A DNA stretch of 43,608 nucleotides from Gemmatimonadota bacterium (GTDB lineage Bacteria; Gemmatimonadota; Gemmatimonadetes; Gemmatimonadales; Gemmatimonadaceae): contig JAZJZK010000037.1 of assembly GCA_040389905.1 (NCBI GenBank), positions 1-43,608 on the forward strand, given 5' to 3'. The notes beneath the pieces were generated by a model that saw only the letters and a list, made by a program, of their open reading frames with translations, did no database searches and was not told where the DNA came from. Position 1 is the stretch's first letter. Each line of letters begins with the position of its first letter. Below, piece by piece: positions 18,769 through 28,841 of this stretch. The translations under genes and the position numbers were made by a program.

Positions 18769-19760
18769 GACTTCCTCCGGCACACCACGGTCTGCATGGC
18801 GAAGTTCAGATGCTTCTCGAACGCAAGCACGGGGGCAAACAGCAGCTGTCCGATGAAGTAGGGGTAGATGGCGCGTGACAGATTCAGCCCCTTCCCCTTG
18901 AGCAGCTTGAACGCGGCCCCCGCGAAGAAGTAGAAGAACGCGGGAAACGCGCCGTACGGCAGGTACTCGACGAGCTCGAGCCCAGCCTTGTCGATTGCCG
19001 CAAGCAATGACGCCCTGTCATAGAGTACCGTGTGCTGCGGTGCCTGAAGGCCCGGCCAACGATCGCCGTACAGGCGGAAGGTGAGGCTGTCGAGTCGCGG
19101 GACTTCGATGATCAGACGACCGTCCGGCGCGAGCAGATCGCCTGCCGTGCGCAATGTGCGCATCGGATCGTAGTCATGCTCGAGGAAGTGCCACATCGTG
19201 ATGAGATCGAAGCGCTGTGCTCCAAAGTCCTGTTCGTAGAACAGGCCGCAGCGAAAGTCCACGTTCGCAAGCGACGGATGGGCGCTCAGATCCTTGAAGT
19301 CCACGCCAGTCCCCTTCGCGCCGTAGCGCACGCGGAGCTTCTCGAGGAACGTCCCGACGGCGCACCCAACGTCGAGCACACTGCTGCGCTGGCTCAGTCG
19401 TACGTAGCGGCTGACCAACGCGTCTTTCTGGCGATCATGGCGGTCCATCGCCCAGTTGAAGAAGCCAGTGAGCGGACCCCAGTCTCCCTTCTTTCGGTGC
19501 GCGATGTACTCGTCGTCGTAGTACTCGCCGATGTACTCGATCCTGATGCGCGGGTTTTGGTAGGTCAGCCCACAGGCATTGCACTTTACGAACGCGAACC
19601 GACCCGGCTTCCCGGTGAGGTCATCCTCCGCCTCGATGAATGGTGTATACCGGTGACTGCGGCACAGATAGCACAGTACGATTTCGCGCTCGACGAGTCT
19701 GGTTGCGCGCGGAGTGCCTCGCGTCGTGTACCCTTCCGTGTTGGGAGCAATGGCGGTCAT
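18765..19760 (-). CDS. Class I SAM-dependent methyltransferase with N-terminal CxxC..CxxC zinc ribbon
   Basis: CYLC..CNAC, VLDVGCAVG, FDLITMWHFLEH. Confidence 0.9.
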   Translation of the reverse strand: MTAIAPNTEGYTTRGTPRATRLVEREIVLCYLCRSHRYTPFIEAEDDLTGKPGRFAFVKCNACGLTYQNPRIRIEYIGEYYDDEYIAHRKKGDWGPLTGFFNWAMDRHDRQKDALVSRYVRLSQRSSVLDVGCAVGTFLEKLRVRYGAKGTGVDFKDLSAHPSLANVDFRCGLFYEQDFGAQRFDLITMWHFLEHDYDPMRTLRTAGDLLAPDGRLIIEVPRLDSLTFRLYGDRWPGLQAPQHTVLYDRASLLAAIDKAGLELVEYLPYGAFPAFFYFFAGAAFKLLKGKGLNLSRAIYPYFIGQLLFAPVLAFEKHLNFAMQTVVCRRKS

Positions 19761-20356
19761 GGCTGTGAACCTCGGCCGAAGATGAGCGGTTGTAGGGAGG
19801 GATCATCGAGCGTTTCGTAAATACAGAGGAGCAGGTACAGGGAGACCAGAACGGGCACCGCGATGATCGGTGTTCGTAGCTGGCCTGGCGCGATGAGGAC
19901 AACGATGACGGGATACTTGGAGAGCACCGCGTAGGCACTGAGCCGCGACGATCCGAGTATCCGCCGCGTGCGATACCAGATCGTGAGCGCAATGCACAGG
20001 GCGATGAAGAGCAACAGCCGCGACGGCGAATCGCGTCCCGTCAGCATCAGGGCAATCCAGCCGAACGCGGCGCTTTCGCCGAGGATGACAAATGCGTTGG
20101 ACGACGTAATGCGCACGGTGATGCGGTTCGGATGCTCAACCGCATCGCGTGTGCGGTCGGCCAGATCATCCCACACCCTCAGCGCGAGTATGAGGAGGAA
20201 GGCGGACGTGAGCGTGCGCAGTAGAGCGATGAGTGGTTCGGCAGGTTTCGTGGAGACCAGAAACGCCGCACCGCTGAGCACGATGGCCAGCAGCACGAAT
20301 CGCTGTCCAACAAATCGCTCGGCGAGATACGCGCGCATGATTTCAGTGCGCGACAT
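19757..20356 (-). CDS. Short UbiA-prenyltransferase-like membrane protein
   Basis: LRVWDDLADRTRDAVEHPNR matches the UbiA first Asp-rich motif (DxxDxxxD..PxR); multiple TM helices; AAGGAG RBS before ATG 20356. Confidence 0.65.
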   Translation of the reverse strand: MSRTEIMRAYLAERFVGQRFVLLAIVLSGAAFLVSTKPAEPLIALLRTLTSAFLLILALRVWDDLADRTRDAVEHPNRITVRITSSNAFVILGESAAFGWIALMLTGRDSPSRLLLFIALCIALTIWYRTRRILGSSRLSAYAVLSKYPVIVVLIAPGQLRTPIIAVPVLVSLYLLLCIYETLDDPSLQPLIFGRGSQP

Positions 20357-23039
20357 GGACACGCTCCTTGTCGGCGTCCACGGTGATCTGCGCGCCGTCA
20401 GGAATGACCGCCGTTGCATTGCGCACACCGACGACGCATGGAATGCCGAACTCACGAGCGAGGATGGCTCCGTGCGACAGCATGCCGCCGCGCTCGATGA
20501 CGAGACCCGAGATGAGGAAGAACACCGGCCCCCATCCCGGATCGGTCTGTCGCGTCACGAGGATGTCGCCCGCGACGAGCCGCTCCGCCTCGGCAACATC
20601 TCGCAACACCGCGGCTCGGCCCGTGACGTTACCGGCGCACGCGGTGGTTCCGCGTAGCGTGGACTCGCCCTCCGCGTGGTCGTGCACGACAGCATCCGAC
20701 GCCGCGACCCCTCCGGCGGCGAGATAGCCACCGTCCGACAGGATGAACGAATCTGGCGGGGACGCGTCCGCGAACGCCGCGTGCGCCTGCGACCGCAATG
20801 CTGCGAGCGCGCGTGCTTCGTGCGGGAACATCGCTCCACCGGCGGCCAGTTCCTGAAGCTCTGCCATCGTAAACCAGAAGACGTCGTCACGCGTTGCGAG
20901 CAGGTCGCGCCGCACGAGGTGGTCGCCAATCCCGAGTGCAACGCCGCGCAGCCGGCTGTAGAGCAACGCCTGCTTGAGGCGCGCGCGCTCACGGTAGCGG
21001 ATCGCCGCATGAGTCCACGGCAGCAACACGCGAAGGACCGAAGCCCAGGTCATCCACGGAATGACCCGAATACGCTGCGCTGCCAGCGTCGCCATCGCGC
21101 GCATCGTTTCGACTTCACGTTCTGCACTCTGACGCGCCATCGCTTCGAGCGGCGACTCCGCGTCCAACTTCGCGTACGCGCGGAGCATCGCAATCACGGG
21201 CGCCGGTTGTTCCTGAAACGACGGCGTCGTGAGCATCAGCTCGGACGAACAACGGAAACCCCACTCCTCGAGATACCGGTCGAACGCTATGCGAAAGTCC
21301 GTGAAGCGCGCGTCCACCGTGATTGTGCGCAGCACTGCGGCGGGTTCCTCATGCTCCACCAGGTCCGCCAATGGCGGGTTTGCCCGGATGAAGCGCGAGA
21401 GTTCCCACAGCCGATGCACCGGTTCGTTGCTGACGACGCGTGGGATCGCCTTGAGCAGCGAGGTGTGAGCCACTCCAACGCCGTCCGGATACGCCCGCGC
21501 AATGAGCCGTTGCAGTAGCCCGTAGCACACCATGGCGGCGAGATCGGCCAGAGATGCGTCCGTCCATCGATGGCAGCGAATGGACATGAAGTCGGACAGC
21601 AACTGGCGCAGCCCAGCGAGATCGAGTGTTCCGAGCTGCGCCGGATGGGATCGCGCCGCGAACTCGTCGACATCTCGCTCGAATGAGCGAATGCGCCGTT
21701 CGATCGTGAGGTAGTTCCATGTTGAACGGGCGGCGACGACGCAAATTTCCACGAGCCGTCGGAACCTTCCATCACGCGACGGTGCGTGCTGCCCACTGTC
21801 TTGCCCCCGCGCCCCCACGAATGTGTCGAAGCTCGACGCCAACGCGTCGCCGAAAGGTGCGAGACGGATGACGGCGTGGATGTTCGTGAGGTTGTAGTAC
21901 ATCCGCCCCGCATGGACGCCGATGATCTGCGCGAACGCCGGTTCCATTGCACGAAGGCGGCGAGGGGAAACACCAAGCGCTCGACCGAGGTTCCGGAAGT
22001 AGTGTGTGTATCCCGTCGACGCGACCGAATACAGCAGCGGAGAGATCGGGGCGGGAAAATTCTCGTTGACGTTCGCGTTGGACCACACCACCACGGGGGC
22101 CGTGTCGCACTGCGCGGGCGGTGCGGCCAGCGATGCAGTGATCGGGCGCGACTGCACCACGAACAGCTCGTTCGCACTGTTCATCACCCACTCGACGTCC
22201 TGCTTCGAACCGAGCTCACGCTCGATGCGCCGCGCCGCGTCGATGAGCGATGCGATGCCCTTCGTCGAAAGGACGACGATGTCGGCCGCCGGAATCTGTT
22301 CGCCCGACGACGTAACGGCGCCCGTTTTGCGATCGATTCTGATACGTGCGGGGTCAACGGCCCCGGCGACGAGTGCGTCCCCAAGCCCGGCCGCATACTC
22401 GACGAGCAGGGCGCCATCACCGCCGTCTGTAAACATGACGCCGGCGGCGTGGGCGTGAACCTGTTCCTGCACGATGACACCCATTCCTCCGGGCTGAATT
22501 CCGCGGGCACTTCTATAGAAGAGTGCGCGCTCGGACCAGAACGACGCCCAGCAGGCGAGCACCGCACACTGCAGGGATTCGTCGTCGGTCACGTGCAGAA
22601 TGGAATCGAGCTGTCCGGCGAACGACGCGGCGGCAGAGTCTTCCCCGACGGCCGAACTCCGAACGACAACCGACCCGCGCTCGAGTAGTGGTCGTGCATG
22701 GGCCAGCAGCGCTTCCTGAACGTCGTCGGGTAGCGATGCGCCGCACACGAGGCGACGAATCTCAGCCGACGCCTGCGCCCGGTCTTCCGCGCGTATGAAG
22801 TCGCGTCCGGCGCAGCGGCTGCGAATGTCACCAGCAATCCCAGCGTGCTCGAGGTGCCGTTCGAGCGCCTCACAACGAAGCACGAACCCTTCAGGAACTC
22901 GCACACCACGTCGCATCAGTCGGCCGAGCGTATGTGCCTTTCCGCCGACGAGCGTCACGTCGAGGCTCGTGTCGAGCGAAGCGAGCAGCCTCGCGCGTCC
23001 CGGCGCATGCTGCCGTCTGGTCAACACGGATGCAGTCAT
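20343..23039 (-). CDS. PEP-synthase/rifampin-phosphotransferase-like dikinase (ATP-grasp, central substrate domain, C-terminal His swivel)
   Basis: VGGKA, VRSSAVGED..SFAGQ, QDVEW, VQSRPIT; C-terminal TDPGW..GGMLSHGAILAREFGIP. Confidence 0.9.
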   Translation of the reverse strand: MTASVLTRRQHAPGRARLLASLDTSLDVTLVGGKAHTLGRLMRRGVRVPEGFVLRCEALERHLEHAGIAGDIRSRCAGRDFIRAEDRAQASAEIRRLVCGASLPDDVQEALLAHARPLLERGSVVVRSSAVGEDSAAASFAGQLDSILHVTDDESLQCAVLACWASFWSERALFYRSARGIQPGGMGVIVQEQVHAHAAGVMFTDGGDGALLVEYAAGLGDALVAGAVDPARIRIDRKTGAVTSSGEQIPAADIVVLSTKGIASLIDAARRIERELGSKQDVEWVMNSANELFVVQSRPITASLAAPPAQCDTAPVVVWSNANVNENFPAPISPLLYSVASTGYTHYFRNLGRALGVSPRRLRAMEPAFAQIIGVHAGRMYYNLTNIHAVIRLAPFGDALASSFDTFVGARGQDSGQHAPSRDGRFRRLVEICVVAARSTWNYLTIERRIRSFERDVDEFAARSHPAQLGTLDLAGLRQLLSDFMSIRCHRWTDASLADLAAMVCYGLLQRLIARAYPDGVGVAHTSLLKAIPRVVSNEPVHRLWELSRFIRANPPLADLVEHEEPAAVLRTITVDARFTDFRIAFDRYLEEWGFRCSSELMLTTPSFQEQPAPVIAMLRAYAKLDAESPLEAMARQSAEREVETMRAMATLAAQRIRVIPWMTWASVLRVLLPWTHAAIRYRERARLKQALLYSRLRGVALGIGDHLVRRDLLATRDDVFWFTMAELQELAAGGAMFPHEARALAALRSQAHAAFADASPPDSFILSDGGYLAAGGVAASDAVVHDHAEGESTLRGTTACAGNVTGRAAVLRDVAEAERLVAGDILVTRQTDPGWGPVFFLISGLVIERGGMLSHGAILAREFGIPCVVGVRNATAVIPDGAQITVDADKERVHVAH

Positions 23040-23623
23040 GCCGGCCTCGCTTTCACGCCGAGGCGGAACAGAAGAATGCTGAAGCCGAGGTGGATCACGG
23101 GGCCGACGAGCGCCACGTACGCCCACGTTTGCCACGGAGTCGGTGTCGCGAGACTGATCGCCGCCATTGCTCCGACGATTGAATCGAAGCGGTCCACAAC
23201 GAACGACACGACAGATCCGATGCTGCCGGTCGCGCCATCACCCGGGGCAATATCGAGTTGACGCTTCGCGAAGGAGTTGGGGAGCTCGCCTAACATGAAA
23301 CCGAGCCCCGCCCACAGGCCGAGCGCGGCAAACTGCATCGGCGTGAGTGGCCACATGCGGTCGCGCACAGAGGGCGCCGTAGTTTCGAGCATCGACGCCA
23401 GTGCCCAGAAGGACAGCGCCGATGCGGGCGGCATCGCGACAAACCCTCGGACGGTCTTGTTGTCGCCGAACAGTCGGCGGCCGCGCAGCCGCAGTCGGCC
23501 GTCAATGGGAATGAGCAGCGCGCGTGATGCGGCGGACGCGAGCCATGCCGAATGAACCAGGCCGGCCGTCATGAACGCCACGACAACGAAGAGCGCCGTC
23601 ACGAGCGGATCGATGGATGTCAT
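23036..23623 (-). CDS. CDP-archaeol synthase (CarS/DUF46)-like cytidylyltransferase
   Basis: PIDG..RGRRLFGDNKTVRGF, GFMLGELPNSFAKRQLDIAPG and DRFDS; hydrophobic, 195 aa. Confidence 0.8.
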   Translation of the reverse strand: MTSIDPLVTALFVVVAFMTAGLVHSAWLASAASRALLIPIDGRLRLRGRRLFGDNKTVRGFVAMPPASALSFWALASMLETTAPSVRDRMWPLTPMQFAALGLWAGLGFMLGELPNSFAKRQLDIAPGDGATGSIGSVVSFVVDRFDSIVGAMAAISLATPTPWQTWAYVALVGPVIHLGFSILLFRLGVKARPA

Positions 23624-23630
23624 CGCCGCC

Positions 23631-24644
23631 TCAGATGTCCGCGCCCGTTTCCAGGCGATTCTGAAAGAGGAAGACTTCGCCTGGGAGCGCGCGCGCGCGC
23701 CGGATCCACGTCCACCAGTCGATCTCGTTCTCCGTCTCGTACGCGATGGCGCTCAGCTTGTACCCCGGCACGAAGGGGTACATGTGGTGGAGCTCATGCG
23801 CGTCGATATGCAGCAGCAGCGCCGAGAGCCACGCCGGAAACACGAGCGAACGCGTGAAGACTTCCTGTTCGATCGCCGGAAATGGGCGCACCGGACCGCC
23901 GTCGCTGACATTCTGCGGTACGTGCGTATGCTGACTGAGCAGGAGGAGGTCCTCTGCCATCAGCGTGAGCACCAGCGCCAGCCCGAACATGCGAAGCACG
24001 GCACTCGGACCGAGCAGCAGGATCACCGCAGCGTATACGGCGAGGAAGCCCAGCATGTCGATCGCCAGCCGTCGCTGCTCGGCGGGTTTGCTGAAGAGCT
24101 GCTTCATGCGCGGCCAGTTCCAGAAGTTGTTCAGCCGGTAGAGCACCGAGAACAGTGGAATCCAGAACTTCCATGAGATGTTGACGAGGAATTTTTCGGC
24201 CGCTCCGAGCCGGCGCGGAACGAGCGCGGCGGTCGTCGGGTCAACATCCTGCCATCCCGTCCATTTATGGTGCCGTCCGTGGACGCGCTTCCAATTATGA
24301 AAGGGAATGAGGGAGAAGAACGCCGCCAGATAGCCGAGCGGCACGTGAAGACGTTTGGTGCGAAAGAGCGTGTCGTGTCCGCACTCGTGCAGGAGTGCAA
24401 ACCACTGGACCATTGCAGTGGCGAGCAGAAGCTGTCCGACCAGCCAGAGCACGATGGTAGGCTGCGCCGAGAGCAGGAGTGCGCCGGCGGTGAGCGCGAT
24501 CGCTTGTCCGGCGACGGCGGCGCCAGCGGCGTCACTGGCACGCAGATGAGTGAGTTGTGCAGGCGTGGGTGCAGCACCGTGATCCATGAGACCGGCCTCC
24601 GCTGAGGTGATTCTTGCGGGCCGATCGTACAAACCGGAGGTCAA
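23631..24644 (-). CDS. Membrane fatty acid desaturase family protein
   Basis: Three His boxes HECGH, HGRHH and HELHH. Start uncertain (TTG 24644 or ATG 24587). Confidence 0.9.
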   Translation of the reverse strand: MTSGLYDRPARITSAEAGLMDHGAAPTPAQLTHLRASDAAGAAVAGQAIALTAGALLLSAQPTIVLWLVGQLLLATAMVQWFALLHECGHDTLFRTKRLHVPLGYLAAFFSLIPFHNWKRVHGRHHKWTGWQDVDPTTAALVPRRLGAAEKFLVNISWKFWIPLFSVLYRLNNFWNWPRMKQLFSKPAEQRRLAIDMLGFLAVYAAVILLLGPSAVLRMFGLALVLTLMAEDLLLLSQHTHVPQNVSDGGPVRPFPAIEQEVFTRSLVFPAWLSALLLHIDAHELHHMYPFVPGYKLSAIAYETENEIDWWTWIRRARALPGEVFLFQNRLETGADI

Positions 24645-24695
24645 CGGGCGGTCATCCGGAAGTCACTCAGCGAAGCGGGCTGCTTAAGGTTGCTC

Positions 24696-24723
24696 TTGAC
24701 GACGGTGGGCCGATGCATATAAT
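24696..24723 (+). promoter_or_regulatory. Sigma70 promoter of the leu operon
   Basis: TTGACG (24696-24701), 16-bp spacer, TATAAT (24718-24723). Confidence 0.75.
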
Positions 24724-24730
24724 GACTTCC

Positions 24731-24820
24731 ATGCACCGCAGCGTAGTCCTCCTCCTTACCAACGCCCTCGGCCGAATTACTGGTCGCGGGCTTTCGTGCT
24801 TGGGAGGACTTACCGAGTAA
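24731..24820 (+). CDS. leu operon leader peptide (29 aa, MHRSVVLLL...)
   Basis: VVLLL control codons; lies between the promoter and a strong terminator upstream of leuA. Confidence 0.75.
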   Translation: MHRSVVLLLTNALGRITGRGLSCLGGLTE

Positions 24821-24837
24821 CGCAGAGCGTGCGTTGC

Positions 24838-24883
24838 GAACGGCCCCTCCCGCGTGATCGTGGGAGGGGCCGTTCTGCTTTTT
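24838..24883 (+). terminator. leu attenuator terminator
   Basis: 17-bp stem GAACGGCCCCTCCCGCG-tgat-CGTGGGAGGGGCCGTTC followed by TGCTTTTT. Confidence 0.85.
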
Positions 24884-25126
24884 GGGTAGTCGCAGGCACC
24901 TTGCACGACACAACGAAGAAGCGTTCGCGACCCGCTCGCGCGACTCGGGGAGTTCTTACACCCCTTCACCGCCGACGTGTCCCATGAGTGCTTTCCAGAA
25001 GCCAGAACATCCCGTCCATCAGTCCAACGCCGCGTCCGCTACGCAACCCGGACGGCGGTCGAGCGTGCAGCCTGATGCGCCCGCCGCGACGCATCAGCGC
25101 GCCTTTCCGCAGGCCGACGGAGAACC

Positions 25127-26785
25127 GTGAGCCCCGACCGAATTCCGGCGCGGGACCACGTACGGATCTTCGATACGACGCTTCGGGACGGCGAGCAATC
25201 GCCCGGCTGCACGATGTCGCTGGTCGAAAAGCTCGAGGTGGCCCGCCAGCTTGCTCGGCTGGGAGTCGATATCATCGAAGCGGGATTTCCCTCCGCCTCA
25301 CCTGGTGATGCCGACGCGGTCCGTGCGATCGCGGAAGCGTTTGCCGACGATGATAGTCCGGTGATCTGTGGCCTCGCGCGCGCATTGGAGGGCGATGTCG
25401 AGACGTGCATCGCATCCCTGGCGCCTGCGGCTCGCGCGCGCGTTCACGTCTTCCTTGCGACGTCCTCCATTCACCTGGAGCACAAGCTCCGGTGTACGCA
25501 CGATGAGCTAATTGCGCGCGCGACAACGGCCGTGCGACTGGCGCGCTCGAACGTGAACGACGTCGAGTTCTCGCCGGAAGATGCGACGCGTTCCGACCCT
25601 GTGTTTCTCCTCGACGTCCTCGCCGCCGTGATCGAGGCCGGCGCGACGACGCTCAACATTCCCGACACCGTCGGCTACACGACACCGAGTGAGTACGAGT
25701 CCCTGATTGCGCGAGTCTGTGCCCTCGCTGCGCGGACACCCGGCGTCGTTGTCTCGACACATTGCCACGACGACCTCGGCCTCGCGGTGGCGAATTCGCT
25801 AGCCGGCGTGCGCGCCGGCGCACGGCAGGTCGAGTGCACGATCAACGGGATCGGCGAGCGCGCAGGCAACGCATCGCTCGAAGAGATCGTGATGGCGCTG
25901 CACACGCGCGCGGATCACTTCGGGGTGCGCACGCAGATTCAGAGCGGGGAGTTGATGCGATCATCGCGCATCGTATCGGCCTGCACAGGGGCATACGTCG
26001 CGCCGAACAAGGCGATCGTCGGCGCGAATGCATTCGCGCATGAGGCGGGCATTCACCAGGACGGCATGCTGAAGCATTCGTCGACGTACGAGATCATCTC
26101 GCCGGAGACGGTGGGCGCCGACGGCAGCACCCTGGTACTCGGCAAGCACTCGGGACGGCACGCGCTTCGGAAACGCCTTTCGGCGCTGGGGTACGAGCTC
26201 CCAGAGGACCGCTTTCTCGAGGTCTTCACGCGCTTCAAGGCACTGGCCGACCGAAAGAAGGTGGTGAACGAGCGCGACCTCGCGGTGCTGGCCACTGGGG
26301 CGCAGGAGCATGCGCCGTCGGGCTGGACGCTCGAGCAGCTTCAGGTAACCTGCGGCACGCATCTCATTCCCACGGCGACGGTGCAGCTACGTGGACCAGA
26401 TGGGGCATTGCGCATCGCGTCGTCGACAGGAAGCGGTCCGGTCGATGCAAGCTGCCGCGCCGTCGATGGCGTCGTGGGGGAGACTGGAGAACTGCAGGGC
26501 TTCACCGTGCGCAACGTATCCGAGGGCCACGAATCGCTCGGCGAAGTGACGGTGCGGCTGAAGGATTTCCACTCGTCACGAACGTATGTCGGCCATGGTG
26601 CGCATACCGATGTCGTGACCGCGTCGGCGGAGGCGTATGTCGATGCGATCAACTGCCTGCTCTATTCCAACTGTCACCCCGAGCGAGCGAAGCGAGTCGA
26701 GGGGTCTGCACCTCACGAACAGCGTGGAAGTGCAGACCCCGCGACTTCGCTCGGGGTGACAGCGTTCGAAGAGGTGCTCGTATGA
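25127..26785 (+). CDS. leuA: 2-isopropylmalate synthase
   Basis: [45 protein letters not shown]; regulatory domain present. Confidence 0.97.
   Translation: MSPDRIPARDHVRIFDTTLRDGEQSPGCTMSLVEKLEVARQLARLGVDIIEAGFPSASPGDADAVRAIAEAFADDDSPVICGLARALEGDVETCIASLAPAARARVHVFLATSSIHLEHKLRCTHDELIARATTAVRLARSNVNDVEFSPEDATRSDPVFLLDVLAAVIEAGATTLNIPDTVGYTTPSEYESLIARVCALAARTPGVVVSTHCHDDLGLAVANSLAGVRAGARQVECTINGIGERAGNASLEEIVMALHTRADHFGVRTQIQSGELMRSSRIVSACTGAYVAPNKAIVGANAFAHEAGIHQDGMLKHSSTYEIISPETVGADGSTLVLGKHSGRHALRKRLSALGYELPEDRFLEVFTRFKALADRKKVVNERDLAVLATGAQEHAPSGWTLEQLQVTCGTHLIPTATVQLRGPDGALRIASSTGSGPVDASCRAVDGVVGETGELQGFTVRNVSEGHESLGEVTVRLKDFHSSRTYVGHGAHTDVVTASAEAYVDAINCLLYSNCHPERAKRVEGSAPHEQRGSADPATSLGVTAFEEVLV
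26671..26762. repeat. Palindromic REP-like type A copy forming the LeuA C-terminal tail
   Basis: CTGTCACCCCGAGCGA...TCGCTCGGGGTGACAG; encodes [30 protein letters not shown]. Confidence 0.85.
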
Positions 26786-28227
26786 TAACGTCATCTCCAC
26801 GAACGCTGTTTGAAAAACTCTGGGACCGCCACGTCGTGCGCGAGCAAACTGCCGCAACGCCCGCCGTGCTCTACATCGATCTGCACCTCGTGCACGAAGT
26901 AACCTCGGCGCAGGCGTTCACCGAATTGCGCGAACGCGGACTACCTGTCCGCGCGCCGTATCGCACGATTGCGACGATGGACCACTCGACCCCTACCACC
27001 CGTGGTGGCTTCGCCGCCTTGCCGATTCGGAATTCCGCGACCGACGCGCGGTTTGCGCAGGTCGATCAACTCGCGCGGAACTGCGAGGAGTTCGGCGTAC
27101 CTCTCCTCGCGCTCGGCGATCGACGTCAGGGCATCGTGCACGTCATCGGCCCCGAGCTTGGACTGACGCAGCCGGGAATGACGGTCGTCTGCGGCGACAG
27201 CCACACCAGCACGCACGGCGCGTTTGGTGCGCTGGCGTTCGGCATCGGCACGTCACAGGTCGCGCATGTACTGGCGACGCAGTGTGTCCTCCAAAGCAAA
27301 CCGAAGACGCTCGAGGTGCGCGTCGATGGAACGCTCGCCGCCGGCGTGACCGCCAAGGACGTCATCCTCGCGATCTGCGCGACACTCGGCGTCGGTGGCG
27401 CGACGGGCCACGTCATCGAGTACACCGGCAGCGTCATTCGCGCGCTCTCGATGGAAGAACGCATGACGGTGTGCAACATGTCGATCGAAGCGGGCGCGCG
27501 CGCCGGAATGATTGCGCCAGATGACACGACGTTCGAGTATCTGCGCGCGAGGCCCCATGCGCCGAGCGGCGCAGCATGGGATGCTGCTGTCGCGGACTGG
27601 CGCACGCTCGCGTCGGATGACGGTGCGATGTTCGATCACACGATCACCATCGACGGAACTCGCATTGCCCCGATGATCACGTATGGGACCAATCCCGGAA
27701 TGGGCATGGCCGTGACCGATGACGTCCCGCACCCCGACCGGCTCGACGATCGCAGCGAGCGAGAGAATGCCGAGCGCGCACTGCGTTATATGGGACTCGT
27801 CGCCGGGCAACCACTCGCCGGCACAAAGGTGGACGTCGTCTTCTTCGGCAGCTGCACGAACTCACGCATCTCCGACCTGCGAGACGCGGCGAGTGTCTTT
27901 CGAGGGCGCCGAGTGGCACAGGGAGTTCGGGCGCTCGTCGTGCCTGGATCGCAGCAGGTGAAGCAACAGGCGGAGCACGAAGGGCTTGACCGCATCTTCA
28001 TCGACGCTGGTGCGGAATGGCGCGAGTCTGGTTGCTCGATGTGTATCGCGATGAATGGCGATCAATTGCAGCCGGGTCAGCTCGCGGTATCAACGAGCAA
28101 TCGCAACTTCGAGGGCCGGCAAGGAAGCGGCGGTCGCACGTTGCTCGCGAGTCCATTGACGGCGGCCGCAGCCGCCGTGATGGGTGTGATCACCGATCCA
28201 CGCACGCTCATGGGAGGCGTCGCATGA
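26782..28227 (+). CDS. leuC: 3-isopropylmalate dehydratase large subunit
   Basis: [45 protein letters not shown]. Confidence 0.97.
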   Translation: MITSSPRTLFEKLWDRHVVREQTAATPAVLYIDLHLVHEVTSAQAFTELRERGLPVRAPYRTIATMDHSTPTTRGGFAALPIRNSATDARFAQVDQLARNCEEFGVPLLALGDRRQGIVHVIGPELGLTQPGMTVVCGDSHTSTHGAFGALAFGIGTSQVAHVLATQCVLQSKPKTLEVRVDGTLAAGVTAKDVILAICATLGVGGATGHVIEYTGSVIRALSMEERMTVCNMSIEAGARAGMIAPDDTTFEYLRARPHAPSGAAWDAAVADWRTLASDDGAMFDHTITIDGTRIAPMITYGTNPGMGMAVTDDVPHPDRLDDRSERENAERALRYMGLVAGQPLAGTKVDVVFFGSCTNSRISDLRDAASVFRGRRVAQGVRALVVPGSQQVKQQAEHEGLDRIFIDAGAEWRESGCSMCIAMNGDQLQPGQLAVSTSNRNFEGRQGSGGRTLLASPLTAAAAAVMGVITDPRTLMGGVA

Positions 28228-28841
28228 GCAGCCACTGGACGTTTACCTCGACGTACGTCACGCTCCCTCGCGAGAATGTGGATACGGACCAGATCATTCC
28301 GGCGCGCTTTCTCACGACGACGGATCGCGTGGGCCTCGGCCCCCATGCGTTCAATGACTGGCGCTACCGTGCCGATGGCTCCCCAAATGAAGACTTCATC
28401 TTGAATCAGGAGGCGGCACGCAACGCGGAGGTCCTCGTTGCCGGGCACAATTTTGGTTGTGGCTCGTCGCGGGAGCATGCCGTGTGGGCACTGGCCGGCG
28501 CCGGGTTTCGCGCCGTGATCTCGAGCTCGTTCGCGGACATCTTCCGCGGTAATGCGCTTGGCAATGGATTGCTGCCGATCGTCGTGACTCCCGACACGCT
28601 CGCTGATTTGCTCGCTCGGCCAGTTGCCGATTCGCACGTGACGGTGAATCTCGAGACATCCACGCTCACCCTTCCCGACGGTGAGGACGTCCACTTTGAT
28701 GTCCCGCCATTCTCTCGCTATTGCCTGCTGAACGACACGAACGAGATGTCCTTTCTCCTCGACGCGTCCGACGACATCGCGTCGTACGAGATGAAGCATC
28801 CTGCGTCGATCGATACGAGTCAACACGCAGCGACGGCATGA
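28224..28841 (+). CDS. leuD: 3-isopropylmalate dehydratase small subunit
   Basis: [34 protein letters not shown] overlap with leuC. Confidence 0.97.
   Translation: MSSHWTFTSTYVTLPRENVDTDQIIPARFLTTTDRVGLGPHAFNDWRYRADGSPNEDFILNQEAARNAEVLVAGHNFGCGSSREHAVWALAGAGFRAVISSSFADIFRGNALGNGLLPIVVTPDTLADLLARPVADSHVTVNLETSTLTLPDGEDVHFDVPPFSRYCLLNDTNEMSFLLDASDDIASYEMKHPASIDTSQHAATA

Noticed and set aside
20343..23039. Calling this gene ppsA or rph
   Set aside because: Domain order is not that of PEP synthase, and nothing supports rifampin specificity.
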